DNA from: an uncultured Planctomycetaceae bacterium
Lineage (GTDB): Bacteria > Planctomycetota > Planctomycetia > Isosphaerales > Isosphaeraceae
Direction of reading: 5' to 3'
Assembly (NCBI GenBank): GCA_963833985.1
Contig: CAWIAD010000001.1
Span: 1,664,001 to 1,728,000, forward strand
DNA length: 64,000 nt
The first letter of the stretch is position 1. Each line of letters begins with the position of its first letter. The position numbers and the translations under genes were made by a program. Shown here one piece after another: positions 45,201 through 56,426 of the stretch. Below the pieces are notes generated by a model. The model had not been told where the DNA came from, did no database searches, and saw only the letters and a program-made list of their open reading frames with translations.

Positions 45201-47795
45201 GGCCTGGCGCTCGTGGGCCCCGATGCGGGCAACTATGTACTGAGCGCCACCTCGACAACCGCGACGGCCACGGTCTCGGCCAGGGAGCTCACGGGCAGCA
45301 TCACCGCGCAGAACAAGCCGTACGATGAGACCGATGCCGCGACCATCGCCACGCGCACGCTGGAAGGAGCCGTCCCCGGCGACGACGTGAGTTACGCCGG
45401 CGGCACGGCCACGTTCGATTCCATCCACGTCGGCACCGGCATTCCCGTGACCGCGACGGGACTGAGCCTTGCCGGAGCGGACGCGGGGAACTACTCGGTC
45501 AACACCACCGCGGCAACCACGGCGGACATCACCCTGCGCACCTTGACGATCACGCCCAACGCGGTCGTCAAGGTCTACGGCAATACCGTGACCTTCGCCG
45601 GCACCGAGTTCTCGGTGGAGGGACTGCTCTCCGACGACACCGTCACGAGCGTGACGCTCACGAGCAATGGAGCGGGCCCCGCAGCGACGGTCCTGGGCTC
45701 GCCGTACGCAATCAACTCCAGCGATGCCCAGGGCACCGGACTGGATGACTACGACATCCAGTACCTCGCTGGCACTCTCAATGTCACTCCCCGGACGCTG
45801 GCGGTCACAGCCACCGGGATCGACCGGGTGTACGACGGTACGGTCAACGCGGCCGTCATCTTGACCGGCAACCCGATCAGCGGCGACGACGTCACCGTGG
45901 CATGTACTTCGTCATCGTTTGCCGACAAGAACGTCGGCACAGGCAAGGAGATCACGGTCCAGGGACTCTCGCTGCTGGGCACCGCAGCGCCGAACTATGT
46001 CCTGCTGTCGCAGACCGCAGTCGGCAGCGCGACCATCACGCCGCGGACGATGCAAGTCACAGCGACGGGAGAGAACAAGGTCTACGACGGTTCGATGACC
46101 GCATCCGTGAGCCTGATAGGTGATCCTCTCGAGGGCGACGCCGTTACACTTGGCTATGGCCTGGCCAGCTTCGACAGCAAGGACGTCGGCAACGACCGGC
46201 AGGTTGTCGTCGCGGATATCGCCATGGGAGGCGCGGACGCGGGGAACTACAGCCTCGAGTCGACCGAGGCCACGACGACGGCGTCCATCACGGCTCGCCC
46301 GGTGACCGTGTCGGCTCTGCCCGAAACCAAGGTGTACGGAACGCCTGATCCCACGCTCGCCTATGATGTTACCAGTGGCTCGGTGGTTGCCGGCGACACG
46401 TTCAGCGGCGCGCTCACACGCACGCCAGGTGAAAGCGTTGGCGTCTATCCCATTCTGGTCGGTTCGCTCACTCTTGGTGCCAACTACGACATGGGATACG
46501 TCGGGGCTCTGTTCACGATCACTGCCTCGACCACTGGCCAGGTCACGACGTCTCACTCACAGTCCTACTTCGGCCAGCAGGTTGCCTTCACCGCGCAGTT
46601 CACCGCTCCTCAGAACGCATCCTTTTCCATGACAGGTACGGTGGCCTTTTACGATGGCCTGACCTACCTGGGGACGTCGACGCTGATCAGCAACGGCAAC
46701 CCGCTCGCGGCAAGCCTTCCTGGGGCAGCCACGCCGGACAACTTCACCACCATGGCGTCGGGAACCGCCCTGCTGCCGACCAGCGATCTTGCTGTCGGCG
46801 GCCACATCATCCGGGCTGTCTATTCCGGTGACACACACTACTCAGGGGCCGTGTCGGAGACCCCGGTCAACGTCCAGGTGATTGCCGCAACCACCACAAC
46901 GGGACTCACCGCGGTTCCCTCGGCGCAGGGGACATTCCTGAACGCCAGCGTGGTCGTGACGTCCCCCGGCAACCCGGCGCTCACGGGACTGGTAGCGTTC
47001 TACGAGGGGACCACACTCCTCGGCACCGCGCCTCTCGTCAATGGCATGGCCAGCCTGAGGGTCACCGGACTCACTCCCGGCACGCATTCCTTCGCCGCCG
47101 TCTACTCGGGCAGTGAGTCCTCGTCGTCGAGCACGACGAGCACCCAGGTCTCGACGGACGGACCCAGGGTGATCGGTGTGAGCCGTTACGGCATCCATAC
47201 CAGCCCCACGGTCCTGTTGCTGACCTTCGACGGAGCACTCGATCCTGCCAGGGCGCAAAACCCCGCGAATTACCAGATTGTCGACAGCCAGGGGGCACGC
47301 ATCCCGGTGACGAGTGCTGTCTACGATCCGCTGACCAGGAGCGTGCAACTCCACCTTGCGAGGCAGTTATGCCTGTATCGGACCTACACTCTCAGAGTGA
47401 ACGGTTCGTCCGCGGGCGGCCTGACCGGGAGCACGGGCATCCCTCTGGACGGGACCGGGCAGAATCAGCCTGGCACTGATTTCGTCACGCACATCAACTG
47501 GCGCTGCCTGAGCCTGCCGGGACAGGCGCCTGCGGTTACCTTTACCAACGGGGTTCCGCAAACTTACGCTGGCCGGTTCAAAGTGTATGTCGGCTCGATC
47601 CTCCGGGCCATGCGGGGAACCGCGTCGCGCGTCGTGGTGAAGCCTTCAGCGGCACCCAGGCCGCTCGCCCGCCCCGTCGCCCTGGCGAAGCCGTCCGCTC
47701 GCCCGAAGCTGAGCCCGCGCCCGCTCCGCGCCGGCGATGAACAAGGCTTCAAGGGCCGCGCTGCGACGTTGCTGGCTCAATCGTTGAAGCTCTGA
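39242..47795 (+). CDS. Giant repeat surface protein (beta-strand repeats, Ig-like domains, ~17 YDG and 6 MBG repeats); frameshift near 39508
   Basis: N-terminal RRRR..YLEALEPKIAPA motif; repeated KxYDGT..GxDAGNY and KTYG units; C-terminal GPRV..LTFDGALDP domain. Confidence 0.88.
42155..42671 (+). repeat. Internal direct repeat, copy 1 (~517 bp)
   Basis: Near-identical to 45248-45764 (offset 3093, in frame). Confidence 0.92.
45248..45764 (+). repeat. Internal direct repeat, copy 2 (~517 bp)
   Basis: Near-identical to 42155-42671. Confidence 0.92.
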
Positions 47796-48577
47796 ACTTC
47801 AAAATATGTGAACCCAAAGTCACCATGGGTATCGCCGACACCGTAGTTGAAGCCCATGCCCGGATTGCCCTCGGCATACGTCTCGTCCCGGGCCGAGATG
47901 ACCTCCACGCCGTTGATGTACCCCTTGATCACAGGCCCAACCACGGTTGCCCTGACCAGATCCCCATCCTTCACACCGTACTGCGTACCGGTCAGCTTCT
48001 TCAGAGAGGTCCAGTCGCCGACCTTCCCGTTCCATCGGACGATCTGTGCGTACGCGTTTGAGGTCTTCAAACACCGCCAGAACACCTCGTACCCGGTGCA
48101 GCGATGCGGCGCGATCTTGCTGCGCAGGCGGATCTCAACCTCCTGGTAGTACTTCTCTGTCTGGTTCTTGCTGAAGACACGCGCGGAGACTGTTTGATTC
48201 TTGCCCCAGGTGCCTGCCAGCAGGGCGGTCGGATCGGTGTAGTCGCCCGTGCTGACGGCTCCGTGAGCCAGTCCTTTGCGGGTGACGACGTTGAACCAGT
48301 CGGTTCCGTCGCTGCCGCCGTTGATCCACTGGCCTCCCTCCGAGATCGGATCCTCGTCATGCCGGAAGGTGGTCGCGTACGACCGAACCGGGCCTCGTGT
48401 CCTTGCTTGCTGGGCAGTCATCTCCGTCGGAGCCAGCAGCATGAGCAGCACGGCGCAGAGGCGAAGCCGCCGGGCGAGACGGAGAGCCGTGAGCGCTGCG
48501 CGGGTACTGGACGGCGGCTGCATGCTGGACGACCCCCTCGGAACGTTGTACCCGGCTGGACCATTGTCATACGTCAT
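47777..48577 (-). CDS. Secreted hypothetical beta-rich protein
   Basis: Signal-like hydrophobic segment; aromatic beta-rich domain; starts just after the restored hydrolase stop. Confidence 0.7.
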   Translation of the reverse strand: MTYDNGPAGYNVPRGSSSMQPPSSTRAALTALRLARRLRLCAVLLMLLAPTEMTAQQARTRGPVRSYATTFRHDEDPISEGGQWINGGSDGTDWFNVVTRKGLAHGAVSTGDYTDPTALLAGTWGKNQTVSARVFSKNQTEKYYQEVEIRLRSKIAPHRCTGYEVFWRCLKTSNAYAQIVRWNGKVGDWTSLKKLTGTQYGVKDGDLVRATVVGPVIKGYINGVEVISARDETYAEGNPGMGFNYGVGDTHGDFGFTYFEVQSFND

Positions 48578-48578
48578 G

Positions 48579-49257
48579 TTACTTCAGCCTGGATGCCCAC
48601 TCTCGAACCACGCGCGCCATCTCATCGAAGACGTCCTCATCGCTGCTGCGCAGTCCGTTTCAGGATGTGAAATCCGTGATCGGCCGTGTCCAGGATGTGC
48701 AGCGTCGCACCTTTGCCGAGCTTCCGGCAAACGGGCTCGAGCCGCTCGAGCGTGGCAAGCTCATCGCGACTGCCGCTCAGAAAGAGCATCGGTACCGTGA
48801 CGTCTGCAAGATGCTCCGCGCGCTTCGTGTCTGGCTTCCTGGGTTGATGCAGGGGGAAGGAGAAGAAGACCAGGCCGCGGACGCATTCCAGCGGAGACTC
48901 CGCGGCTGCCGTGGATGTCATCCGCCCGCCGAACGAGTGCCCTCCGGCAAGGAGCGGCAGGTCCATGGCCGCGCTGTGCGCTGCGGCCACCGCGGACCGT
49001 ACCGTCGCGGTGCAGACGTCCCTGGAATCACGCCCTCTCCCGTGCTCCATGTAGGGAAAGTTGTAACGAAAGGTCGCGATACCCACCTCGGCCAGCCTCG
49101 CGGCGATCGTCTCGAGGGTTGCATGCCGCATGTTGGTGCTGGCCCCATGGCCGAGCACCAGCAGATGGCTGGATCCATCCGGCCGCAGCAGCAGAGCGGA
49201 CACTTCGCCCTTTTCCGGCGCGGCGAGGAACTTCATCTCCCTGGGTTGACTGGCCAT
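48579..49257 (-). CDS. Alpha/beta hydrolase (KANL3/Tex30-like); frameshift near 48652
   Basis: LGHGA, RYNFPY, GGHSFGGR, FPLH, GSRD, ADHGF; removing one G restores the tail RSSDEDVFDEMARVVREWASRLK*. Confidence 0.85.
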
Positions 49258-49411
49258 TGTGACGCGATCCCCGAGCCAAGCCGTTCGTGTCTGCCGGTAC
49301 GTTGGACGCTCCCAGCCCATGCCCGCAAGGTGCCTACCCTGGAGCTCGACCGCGGACGCGTTGCCAGCGGTCCGGTCAGTCTCATTTTCAGTCTCATCCT
49401 CGGTCTCAGTC

Positions 49412-50653
49412 TCAGGGGGCGACCCGGGAAGTTTCCGGGCGCTCCTCGGTCAGTGCAATGTGTTGCTCGCTCGCGCTGGCCGCAGAGTAGCTGGTCCCGC
49501 GCCAGGTCACACGGCCGGTCAGGCACATCCAGGCGGCACGAACCAGGATGTAATCGATCACCACGTTACCCACGGGGAACCAGGCTGTGTAGCGGGAGCG
49601 GGGCACGGACGTATGGTAGACCATGCGGAAGACCGGGTACATCAGGACGTGATGCAGAACGGAGAGCCCCAGCAGCCAGCGGGGGAACGGGCCGGGGGAG
49701 CCGGAGAGCAGAAGCACGATCGCAACCACCAGCGCCACCTGGCCGCTCTGACAGAAGATGATCGGGTCGAGCAACCGGCCGGCCAGCCGCCAGGCCTTGC
49801 GGTCGAGGGCATCGAAGAGGATGCGGCTCCAGCCGCGCGTGAGCTGCCCCAGCGAGGCGTACATCCGGCAGGTGACCAGGTCGCGGACCAGCACAGTGCG
49901 GATCGGCAGGCCGAGCGCCTTGACCTTGGTGGCCATGCCGATGTCTTCGACGAACCGGTCGCGGACCGCGGAATGGCCCCCGGCCGATTCGTAGGCGGCC
50001 CTCTGGACGACAATCGTCTGGCCGTTGGCGAAGGCCAGCTTGCATCCGTCGTTGTTCACCCGGTGCAGGGGGAACGACTGCATGAGCACGATCCCGCCCA
50101 GTGGCTGCACGACCTGCTCCCAGAAAGTCTCGCAGCGCAGTTCCGGCAAGAGGCTCACCAGGGAAGCCGGCTGGGAGCGGGCGTATTCCATGATCACGCT
50201 CAAGAACTCCGGAGCGTAGGCGGTGTCCGCGTCAAGGAACCAGAACCACTCCCCAGATGCCTGGTTCGCCGCCTGCTGCAAGACGTAGGTCTTGCCCGTC
50301 CAGCCGGGCGGCAGATGGTCGTTGGAGAGCACGCGAACGCGCGGGTCGTGGTCGGCGAAGTCCTGCGCGATCTGCGGGGTCCGGTCCTGGCTGCGGTCGT
50401 CGATGACCAGGATCTCCAGGTTGGGATAGTTCTGGCGGCACACTGAACCAAGGCACTCCGCCAGCGAGGCTTCCTCGTCCTTGGCCGGGATGATGGCCGA
50501 CACCCGCGGGGGATCGGCCGCGTTCAGCCGGGGTGAGCGCGACGAGAGCACTGGCGAGAGACCCAGGATATACCGCAGTATCAAGTAACGGGCCGGCCAG
50601 AGGGCGACAATCGCGGCGTAGATGAGCAGGATCGTGGTCTGCGCGTGGGTCAT
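49412..50653 (-). CDS. Membrane glycosyltransferase family 2
   Basis: IIPAKDEE, DDRSQDRT, PGWTGK, FLDAD, ANGQ, VEDI, CRMY motifs. Confidence 0.9.
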   Translation of the reverse strand: MTHAQTTILLIYAAIVALWPARYLILRYILGLSPVLSSRSPRLNAADPPRVSAIIPAKDEEASLAECLGSVCRQNYPNLEILVIDDRSQDRTPQIAQDFADHDPRVRVLSNDHLPPGWTGKTYVLQQAANQASGEWFWFLDADTAYAPEFLSVIMEYARSQPASLVSLLPELRCETFWEQVVQPLGGIVLMQSFPLHRVNNDGCKLAFANGQTIVVQRAAYESAGGHSAVRDRFVEDIGMATKVKALGLPIRTVLVRDLVTCRMYASLGQLTRGWSRILFDALDRKAWRLAGRLLDPIIFCQSGQVALVVAIVLLLSGSPGPFPRWLLGLSVLHHVLMYPVFRMVYHTSVPRSRYTAWFPVGNVVIDYILVRAAWMCLTGRVTWRGTSYSAASASEQHIALTEERPETSRVAP

Positions 50654-51150
50654 GGCGTGAGCTTTCCGTGCAAGGCCATGGGTGGTCCGAGATCCTCGAG
50701 CTCGCGACCGCGCGGATAGGCCAGGATGCCCAGCACCAGCGCGGCGAGCCAGAACGGCAGGATGGCCTCGAGCCGGGGAGAAACGACCCAGCCGTAGACC
50801 AGCCCCAGGGGTGCGGCGACTGCGCCGATCGCCGCGGGAATGACGTGCCCCCAGAAGAACCGGGGGCCGCGAGCAAGGGGGTCGCGCAGCCGCGACCGCC
50901 GACCGAGCACGCGGCGCGTCAACGTGCTGGCCACGAAGATCACGAACAGGCCCAGCAGCAGCCCCTGCTTCCACGCATCCGGAGCCGGTACGACGGCCCC
51001 GGCCATTCTGCGCCGCAGCAAAGCGCCCGAGAGCGCGACCACCGCGCCGACGCCCAGCAGGATGTTGAGCACCGCCGACCTGGTCCTCCGCAAGCAGTTC
51101 AGCGCCGCCGGATCCAGGGTCTCCTCGGCTGTTTCATCGGGGCTGGGCAT
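50650..51150 (-). CDS. Hypothetical four-TM membrane protein
   Basis: Four hydrophobic segments; overlaps both neighbours. Confidence 0.7.
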   Translation of the reverse strand: MPSPDETAEETLDPAALNCLRRTRSAVLNILLGVGAVVALSGALLRRRMAGAVVPAPDAWKQGLLLGLFVIFVASTLTRRVLGRRSRLRDPLARGPRFFWGHVIPAAIGAVAAPLGLVYGWVVSPRLEAILPFWLAALVLGILAYPRGRELEDLGPPMALHGKLTP

Positions 51151-51703
51151 CCGCGATGGGCCCTCGCGTGGAATGGAGCCGGCGGTAGAGTCCGACGATC
51201 AGCTCGGCCTGGCCGATGGGCTGGCCGGTCCGGTTCGCAATCTCTTCCGGAGGCGCGCCGGCGGCCGCCAGCGTCCAGGCGAGCCCGTGCCGTTCACCCA
51301 GCGCGGACTCGGCTGCCTCGCCGGGCGGCTCCAGGTCGGTGCCCATGTCCGGAACGGTGATGAGCGTGACCCTCTCCGCAACAGTTCGCTGGCCGCCGGC
51401 AGCCACAGCCGCGGCCGCGCGCTCCGCCGGATCACGTCGAATCCTTCTCGGCTCCAGCTTTTCAGGCGGTGTCAGACGGGGAGAAGGCGTCGCGCCGGCT
51501 TCGCGCTCGCGCTCGGCCATGCGCGTCTCGATCTTCAGGAGGCGGCTGCCGAGAGCCTCGATCTGCTGGCCGAGTTCCCGTCGCAATCGGCTCTGCTGGC
51601 GGTGCATCCGCGTGAGCACCGCGGCGATGCCCGCGAGCCCCGCGCCGCCGAGCAGGACCACGACGAGGCTGGCAAGCCAATAGGACTGCGGTTCCGCTGG
51701 CAT
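51134..51703 (-). CDS. Membrane-anchored protein with coiled coil and C-terminal HTH-like (DUF2802-like) end
   Basis: N-terminal TM; GAPPEEIANRTGQPIGQAELIVGL. Confidence 0.65.
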   Translation of the reverse strand: MPAEPQSYWLASLVVVLLGGAGLAGIAAVLTRMHRQQSRLRRELGQQIEALGSRLLKIETRMAEREREAGATPSPRLTPPEKLEPRRIRRDPAERAAAAVAAGGQRTVAERVTLITVPDMGTDLEPPGEAAESALGERHGLAWTLAAAGAPPEEIANRTGQPIGQAELIVGLYRRLHSTRGPIADAQPR

Positions 51704-51795
51704 TCTCAGGTTCCCTTCCCTGGTCGTTCGGCCCGATCGTCTGGCGTTCGAGGCTCGTCAGGCTGCCGGCGCTCCGACCGGCGCCAGGAGTCTCC

Positions 51796-53037
51796 CTAAT
51801 GCGTATGGGGGTGATGAGAATGCGGCTCGGCCACGGCCTGCGGCTCGCTGGCCTGCGGCTGCGTCGTCTTTCCCACCTGCTCCGCGTAGGCCGCATGGGC
51901 CGCGTCGTAGACCTCGCGCAGGGCTACGCCCTGGGTCGAGGCCATTCGTGCGCAGTCGTCGAATTCAGGGCTGAAAGTCGGCGGTCGATTCTCCAGCCAG
52001 CCCAGCTTGCCCCGAACCGTTCCGAAGCGGGTCTGGACCTCGGTGCCTTGCCGCTTCAGCTTGTGCCGGCTCACCGGGTAGCGCCGGATGCCCAGCGTGC
52101 CGGTCTCGCGGAAGATGATCTCTTCCAGCGCGGGGATCATGGCCTCGTCGCAGAGGGCACTGATGATCACGCCGGGCCGGTTCTTCTTCATCTGGATGGG
52201 CGTGACGAAGGCGTCGAGGGCGCCGGCTTCCATCAGCTTGATCATCGTGTAGCCAACGACCTCGCCGGGCAGGTCATCGAGGTTGGTCTCCAGCACCCAC
52301 ACCCGGTCGCTGGCGGGGGGCAGCTCGGCCGACCCCACGAAGAGCCGCAGGATGTTGGCCTGCTCCGGCAGGTCGCGTGATCCTGCGCCCAGTCCGATGC
52401 TGTCGATGGTGAGGGCCGGCAGCGGGCCGAACTTCTCCACCACGGTGGTGAGGATGGCCGCTCCGGTGGGCGTGGTCAGCTCCATCTCGACCATCGACTC
52501 GGCCAGTGGCACGCCCCTGAGGATCTCGGCAGTGGCGGGGGCGGGCAGGGGCATGCGGCCGTGCGCCGCCTTGATCCAACCCTTCCCCGGCGGCACCGGG
52601 CTGGCCTCGAAACGGTCCGCGCCCAGCAGATCAAGACCCACGGCCGAGCCGACGATGTCGATGATCGAATCGACCGCGCCGACTTCGTGAAAATGGATCC
52701 TGGAAATGTCGACGCCGTGCACCCGCGCCTCGGCCTCCCCCAGCCGCAGGAAGATGCGCCGGGCGAGCTCTTTTTGCCTGGCGGTCAGGTTACCGGTATC
52801 GATGATGGCCTCGATATGGTGCCAGTGCCGGTGCGCATGCTCATGCGGGGCGTGGACTTTCGCCTGGGTGGCGCGAAAGCCTCCCTTCTTCACCGTCTCG
52901 AAGCTCACATGCCCGGGCAGCCCAAGGCTGGAGACGGCCTCCTGGATGGCCCGGGGATCGACCCCGGCGTCGACCAGGGCGCCAAGCGTCATATCGCCCG
53001 AGATCCCGCTGAAACAATCGAAGTAGGCGATGCGCAC
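51796..53037 (-). CDS. larC: Nickel pincer cofactor biosynthesis protein LarC
   Basis: YFDCFSGISGDM, HFHEVGAVDSI, HGRMPLPAPAT, ETNLDD, MKKNRPG; His-rich tail. Confidence 0.95.
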   Translation of the reverse strand: MRIAYFDCFSGISGDMTLGALVDAGVDPRAIQEAVSSLGLPGHVSFETVKKGGFRATQAKVHAPHEHAHRHWHHIEAIIDTGNLTARQKELARRIFLRLGEAEARVHGVDISRIHFHEVGAVDSIIDIVGSAVGLDLLGADRFEASPVPPGKGWIKAAHGRMPLPAPATAEILRGVPLAESMVEMELTTPTGAAILTTVVEKFGPLPALTIDSIGLGAGSRDLPEQANILRLFVGSAELPPASDRVWVLETNLDDLPGEVVGYTMIKLMEAGALDAFVTPIQMKKNRPGVIISALCDEAMIPALEEIIFRETGTLGIRRYPVSRHKLKRQGTEVQTRFGTVRGKLGWLENRPPTFSPEFDDCARMASTQGVALREVYDAAHAAYAEQVGKTTQPQASEPQAVAEPHSHHPHTH

Positions 53038-53289
53038 TCCTGAACCCCTTGCGCGGAGGCCACAATGGCGACACGAGCCCATTCTAACCAACCTGGCCGC
53101 CCGGGCAAAGGCGGGGTGAGCGGCCATCCCTGCGTGCGCTTCTCCGGTGGGTCGCGCCGCCGGCCGCCAGCACAGCGCTCGTCCGAGATTGCGGACGAAC
53201 CGTCAGGGACCATCGTCACATCCCTGTCCTCTTTCAGTTTACGGCCCTATCGGCGGACGTCCCGGTTCCTAAATAGAAGCTTGGAAACG

Positions 53290-53352
53290 GGAAAGTGTGG
53301 CCCAGCCGCCCTCGGCTGGGAACGACAGCCGAGGGCGGCTGCCCCACTTTCC
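53290..53352. repeat. REP-like long inverted repeat
   Basis: Perfect 16-bp arms CAGCCGCCCTCGGCTG (53303-18) / CAGCCGAGGGCGGCTG (53326-41) plus outer GGAAAGTG/CACTTTCC. Confidence 0.85.
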
Positions 53353-53584
53353 AGGTGGTGTGGACCGATTTAGACGGCCAGGACTCCCCGCATCCCCGCG
53401 AACACGAGCGGGAGAGCCGGATCGGAACCAGAGCGGCTCGGGAATTCCTTTCACGAGCCATTGGACCCTCGGTCGGCACGACTTTAGAATAGTCCGCGGT
53501 AGCTTGCACTCATCATGGCGGCTCGGCTGGCTCAGGCTTCTCGTCAGGCCATTGAGAAGTGGCGTGGACCTCGGGTTCCAAGTA

Positions 53585-56426
53585 ATGACCCCCGAAGATC
53601 TCGCTCGAAAAAACATCGATCGCCAGCTCGCGCAGTGCGGCTGGCTCGTGCAGAATCGCGATGCGATGAACATCTCCGCTGCGCTTGGGGTGGCCGTGCG
53701 CGAGTTTGTCATGCGGACCGGCGAGGTCGATTATCTGCTGTACGCGGGCGGGAAGGCCGTCGGGGTCGTGGAGGCCAAGCCAGGGGGGCATACGCTCACC
53801 GGGGTGGAGGGGCAGTCGTCCAAGTACTCCGGCGCGCTGCCCTCTGGCGTGCCCAACTGGGGAGCGCCTCTGCCGTTCGCTTACGAGAGCACCGGCACCG
53901 TCACCCAGGTCACGAAGCTGCTGGAGCCCGACGCCCGCAGCCGGGAGGTCTTCACGTTCCACCGACCCGATGAGCTGCTCCGGCTGGTGAAGCTTGACGC
54001 CCAGGTGCGGGGCAGACTCAAGGCCCTGGCGCCGATCGACGCCGCGAATCTCTGGAACGTTCAGCGCCAGGCGATCGAGAACCTGGAGCAGTCGCTCGCC
54101 CGGAACCGCCCGCGCTCGCTCATCCAGATGGCCACCGGGTCGGGCAAGACCTTCACAGCCGTCAACACCGCCTACCGGCTCATCAAGTTCGGCGGGGCGA
54201 AGCGAGTGCTCTTCCTCGTCGATCGCAGCAACCTCGGGCGCCAGACCTACCGCGAATTCCAGCAATTCGTGAGCCCGGTGAACGCCTACAAGTTCACCGA
54301 CGAGTACCACGTTCAACTGCTGAACTCGAACACGATCGCCCCGACGAGCAAGGTCGTCATCACCACGATCCAGCGCCTTTACTCGACCCTCAAGGGCGAG
54401 GAGTCGTTCGACGAGGCCGCCGACGAGCAATCTCAATTCGAGCTCGCCACCAGCCTGGTCAAGGAACCGCTGCCGGTCGTCTACAACGAGCGAATCCCGA
54501 TCGAGACCTTTGATTTCGTCATCGTCGATGAGTGCCACCGCTCGATTTACAACCTCTGGCGCCAGGTGCTCGACTACTTCGACAGCTTCCTGATCGGCCT
54601 GACCGCCACGCCGACAAGGCAGACCATCGGCTACTTCAACAACAACCTCGTGATGGAATACGGCCACGAACAGGCCGTCGCGGACGGCGTGAACGTCGGC
54701 TTCGATGTCTACCGCATCCGCACCCAGATCACCGAGCAGGGGGCGACCCTTGAGAGCGAACCCGGAAAGTTCATCCCGCGCCGCGATCGACGCACCCGCG
54801 CGAAGCGTTACGCGGAGCTGGATGACGACTTGACCTACACGGCCGGCCAGCTCGACCGGGACGTGGTTGCCGAGGACCAGATCCGCCTCGTGGTTCGCAC
54901 GTTCAAGCAGCGCCTGTTTACCGAGATCTTTCCCGGCCGTACCGAGGTGCCGAAGACGCTCGTCTTCGCCAAGGATGACAGCCATGCCGACGACCTCACC
55001 CGCATCTTCCGGGAAGAGTTCGGCAAGGGGAACGAGTTCGTCCAGAAGATCACCTACCGCACCGGCTTCATTCCGGTCGAGCGCGAGGTCAAGAAGGCCG
55101 ACGGGACGACCGTGAAGGTGAAGGACTGGAAGAAGGTCTCCGACGCCAAGCCCGAGGAGATTCTCCAGGGGTTCCGGAACTCGTACAATCCCCGGATCGC
55201 CGTCACGGTGGATATGATCGCTACCGGCACGGACGTGAAGCCGCTGGAATGCCTGGTCTTCATGAGGAACATCAAGAGCGCTGCGTATTTCGAGCAGATG
55301 AAGGGCCGGGGCGTGCGGGTGGTCGACGTGAACTCGCTGCGGAGCGTCACGCCCGACTCGACCGCCAAGACGCACTTCGTCATCGTCGACGCGGTGGGCG
55401 TTTCCGAGCAGGGCAAGTCCGAGACGAAGCCGCTCGACCGCCAGCCTTCGGTGCCGCTCGACAAGGTTCTTGGCCTGGTTGCCTCGGGCGTCGCATCGCC
55501 CGAGGTCGTCTCGACCCTCGCCGCCCGGCTGACCCGCCTGGATCGCCAGTTGAACGACGGTGAACGCGAGCTGCTTGGTCAGCAGGCAGGCGGCCAGGCA
55601 CCGGCCCAGCTCGCCGCGAACCTGCTGCGCAGCCTTGACCCCGATGCCCAGGCGGCAAAGGCAAGCGAGGTCTTCGCGCTGGCCCCGGGTCAGGAGCCAA
55701 CCGAGGGGCAGCTCGACGACGTGCAGGAGACGATGACCGCCGAGGCGTTGAAGCCGTTCCACAACCCGAAGCTGCGCGAGCTGCTCCTCAACCTCAAGCG
55801 AAACCACGAGCAGGTCATCGACGAGATCTCGCAAGATGCGCTGCTCCAGGCAGGGTTTGATGCGGCCGCCCTGGAAAAAGCGCAGGCGCTCATCAAGAGC
55901 TTCAAGGACTTCATCGAGGGCCACAAGGACGAGCTTGAAGCCATCCAGATCCTCTACAGCCGCCCGCACCGCGAGGGTCTTCGGTTCCGCCACGTCAAGG
56001 ACCTTGCCGCGGCGCTCAAGAACCCACCCCTGGCGGCGACACCGGAGCGGGTCTGGCAAGCCTACGAGGCAACAGAGCCTCAGGCGGTGAAGGCGAAGGG
56101 CGGCAAAGACGTGGTGGACCTGATCGCCCTGGTGCGCCACGCCCTCGACCCGCAGGAGCCCCTTGTCCCCCTACTCCAGCACGGTGCAGGAGCGTTACGA
56201 TCAGTGGCTCGCCGAGCAGGCACGGAAGGGCACCGTCTTCACCGAAGAGCAGCGCCACTGGCTTGACGCCATCAAGGATCACATCGCCAAGAGCCTGCGC
56301 ATCGACGAGGACGATTTCGACGAGGTCCCCTTCAACACGATCGGCGGCCTGGGTCGGGTCCACGACCTTTTCGGGGAGCGCTTGCCGGTGATCCTTGACG
56401 AGCTGAATAGGAGGCTGGCGGCGTGA
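53585..56426 (+). CDS. hsdR: Type I restriction enzyme R subunit (EcoEI-type); frameshift near 56170
   Basis: DYLL..VEAK nuclease, MATGSGKT, DECHRS, GLTATP, TGTDV, QMKGRG; C-terminal FTEEQ..WL..IKDHI in the next frame after a C5 run. Confidence 0.92.

Noticed and set aside
49376..49414. CAGTCTCA-like short repeats as a CRISPR or functional array
   Set aside because: Too short and irregular, with no spacers or cas genes
53513..56140. Long antisense ORFs (875 aa here; also 7098-9065, 21651-23648, 40461-42335)
   Set aside because: Shadow ORFs of high-GC genes on the opposite strand, with no recognisable motifs
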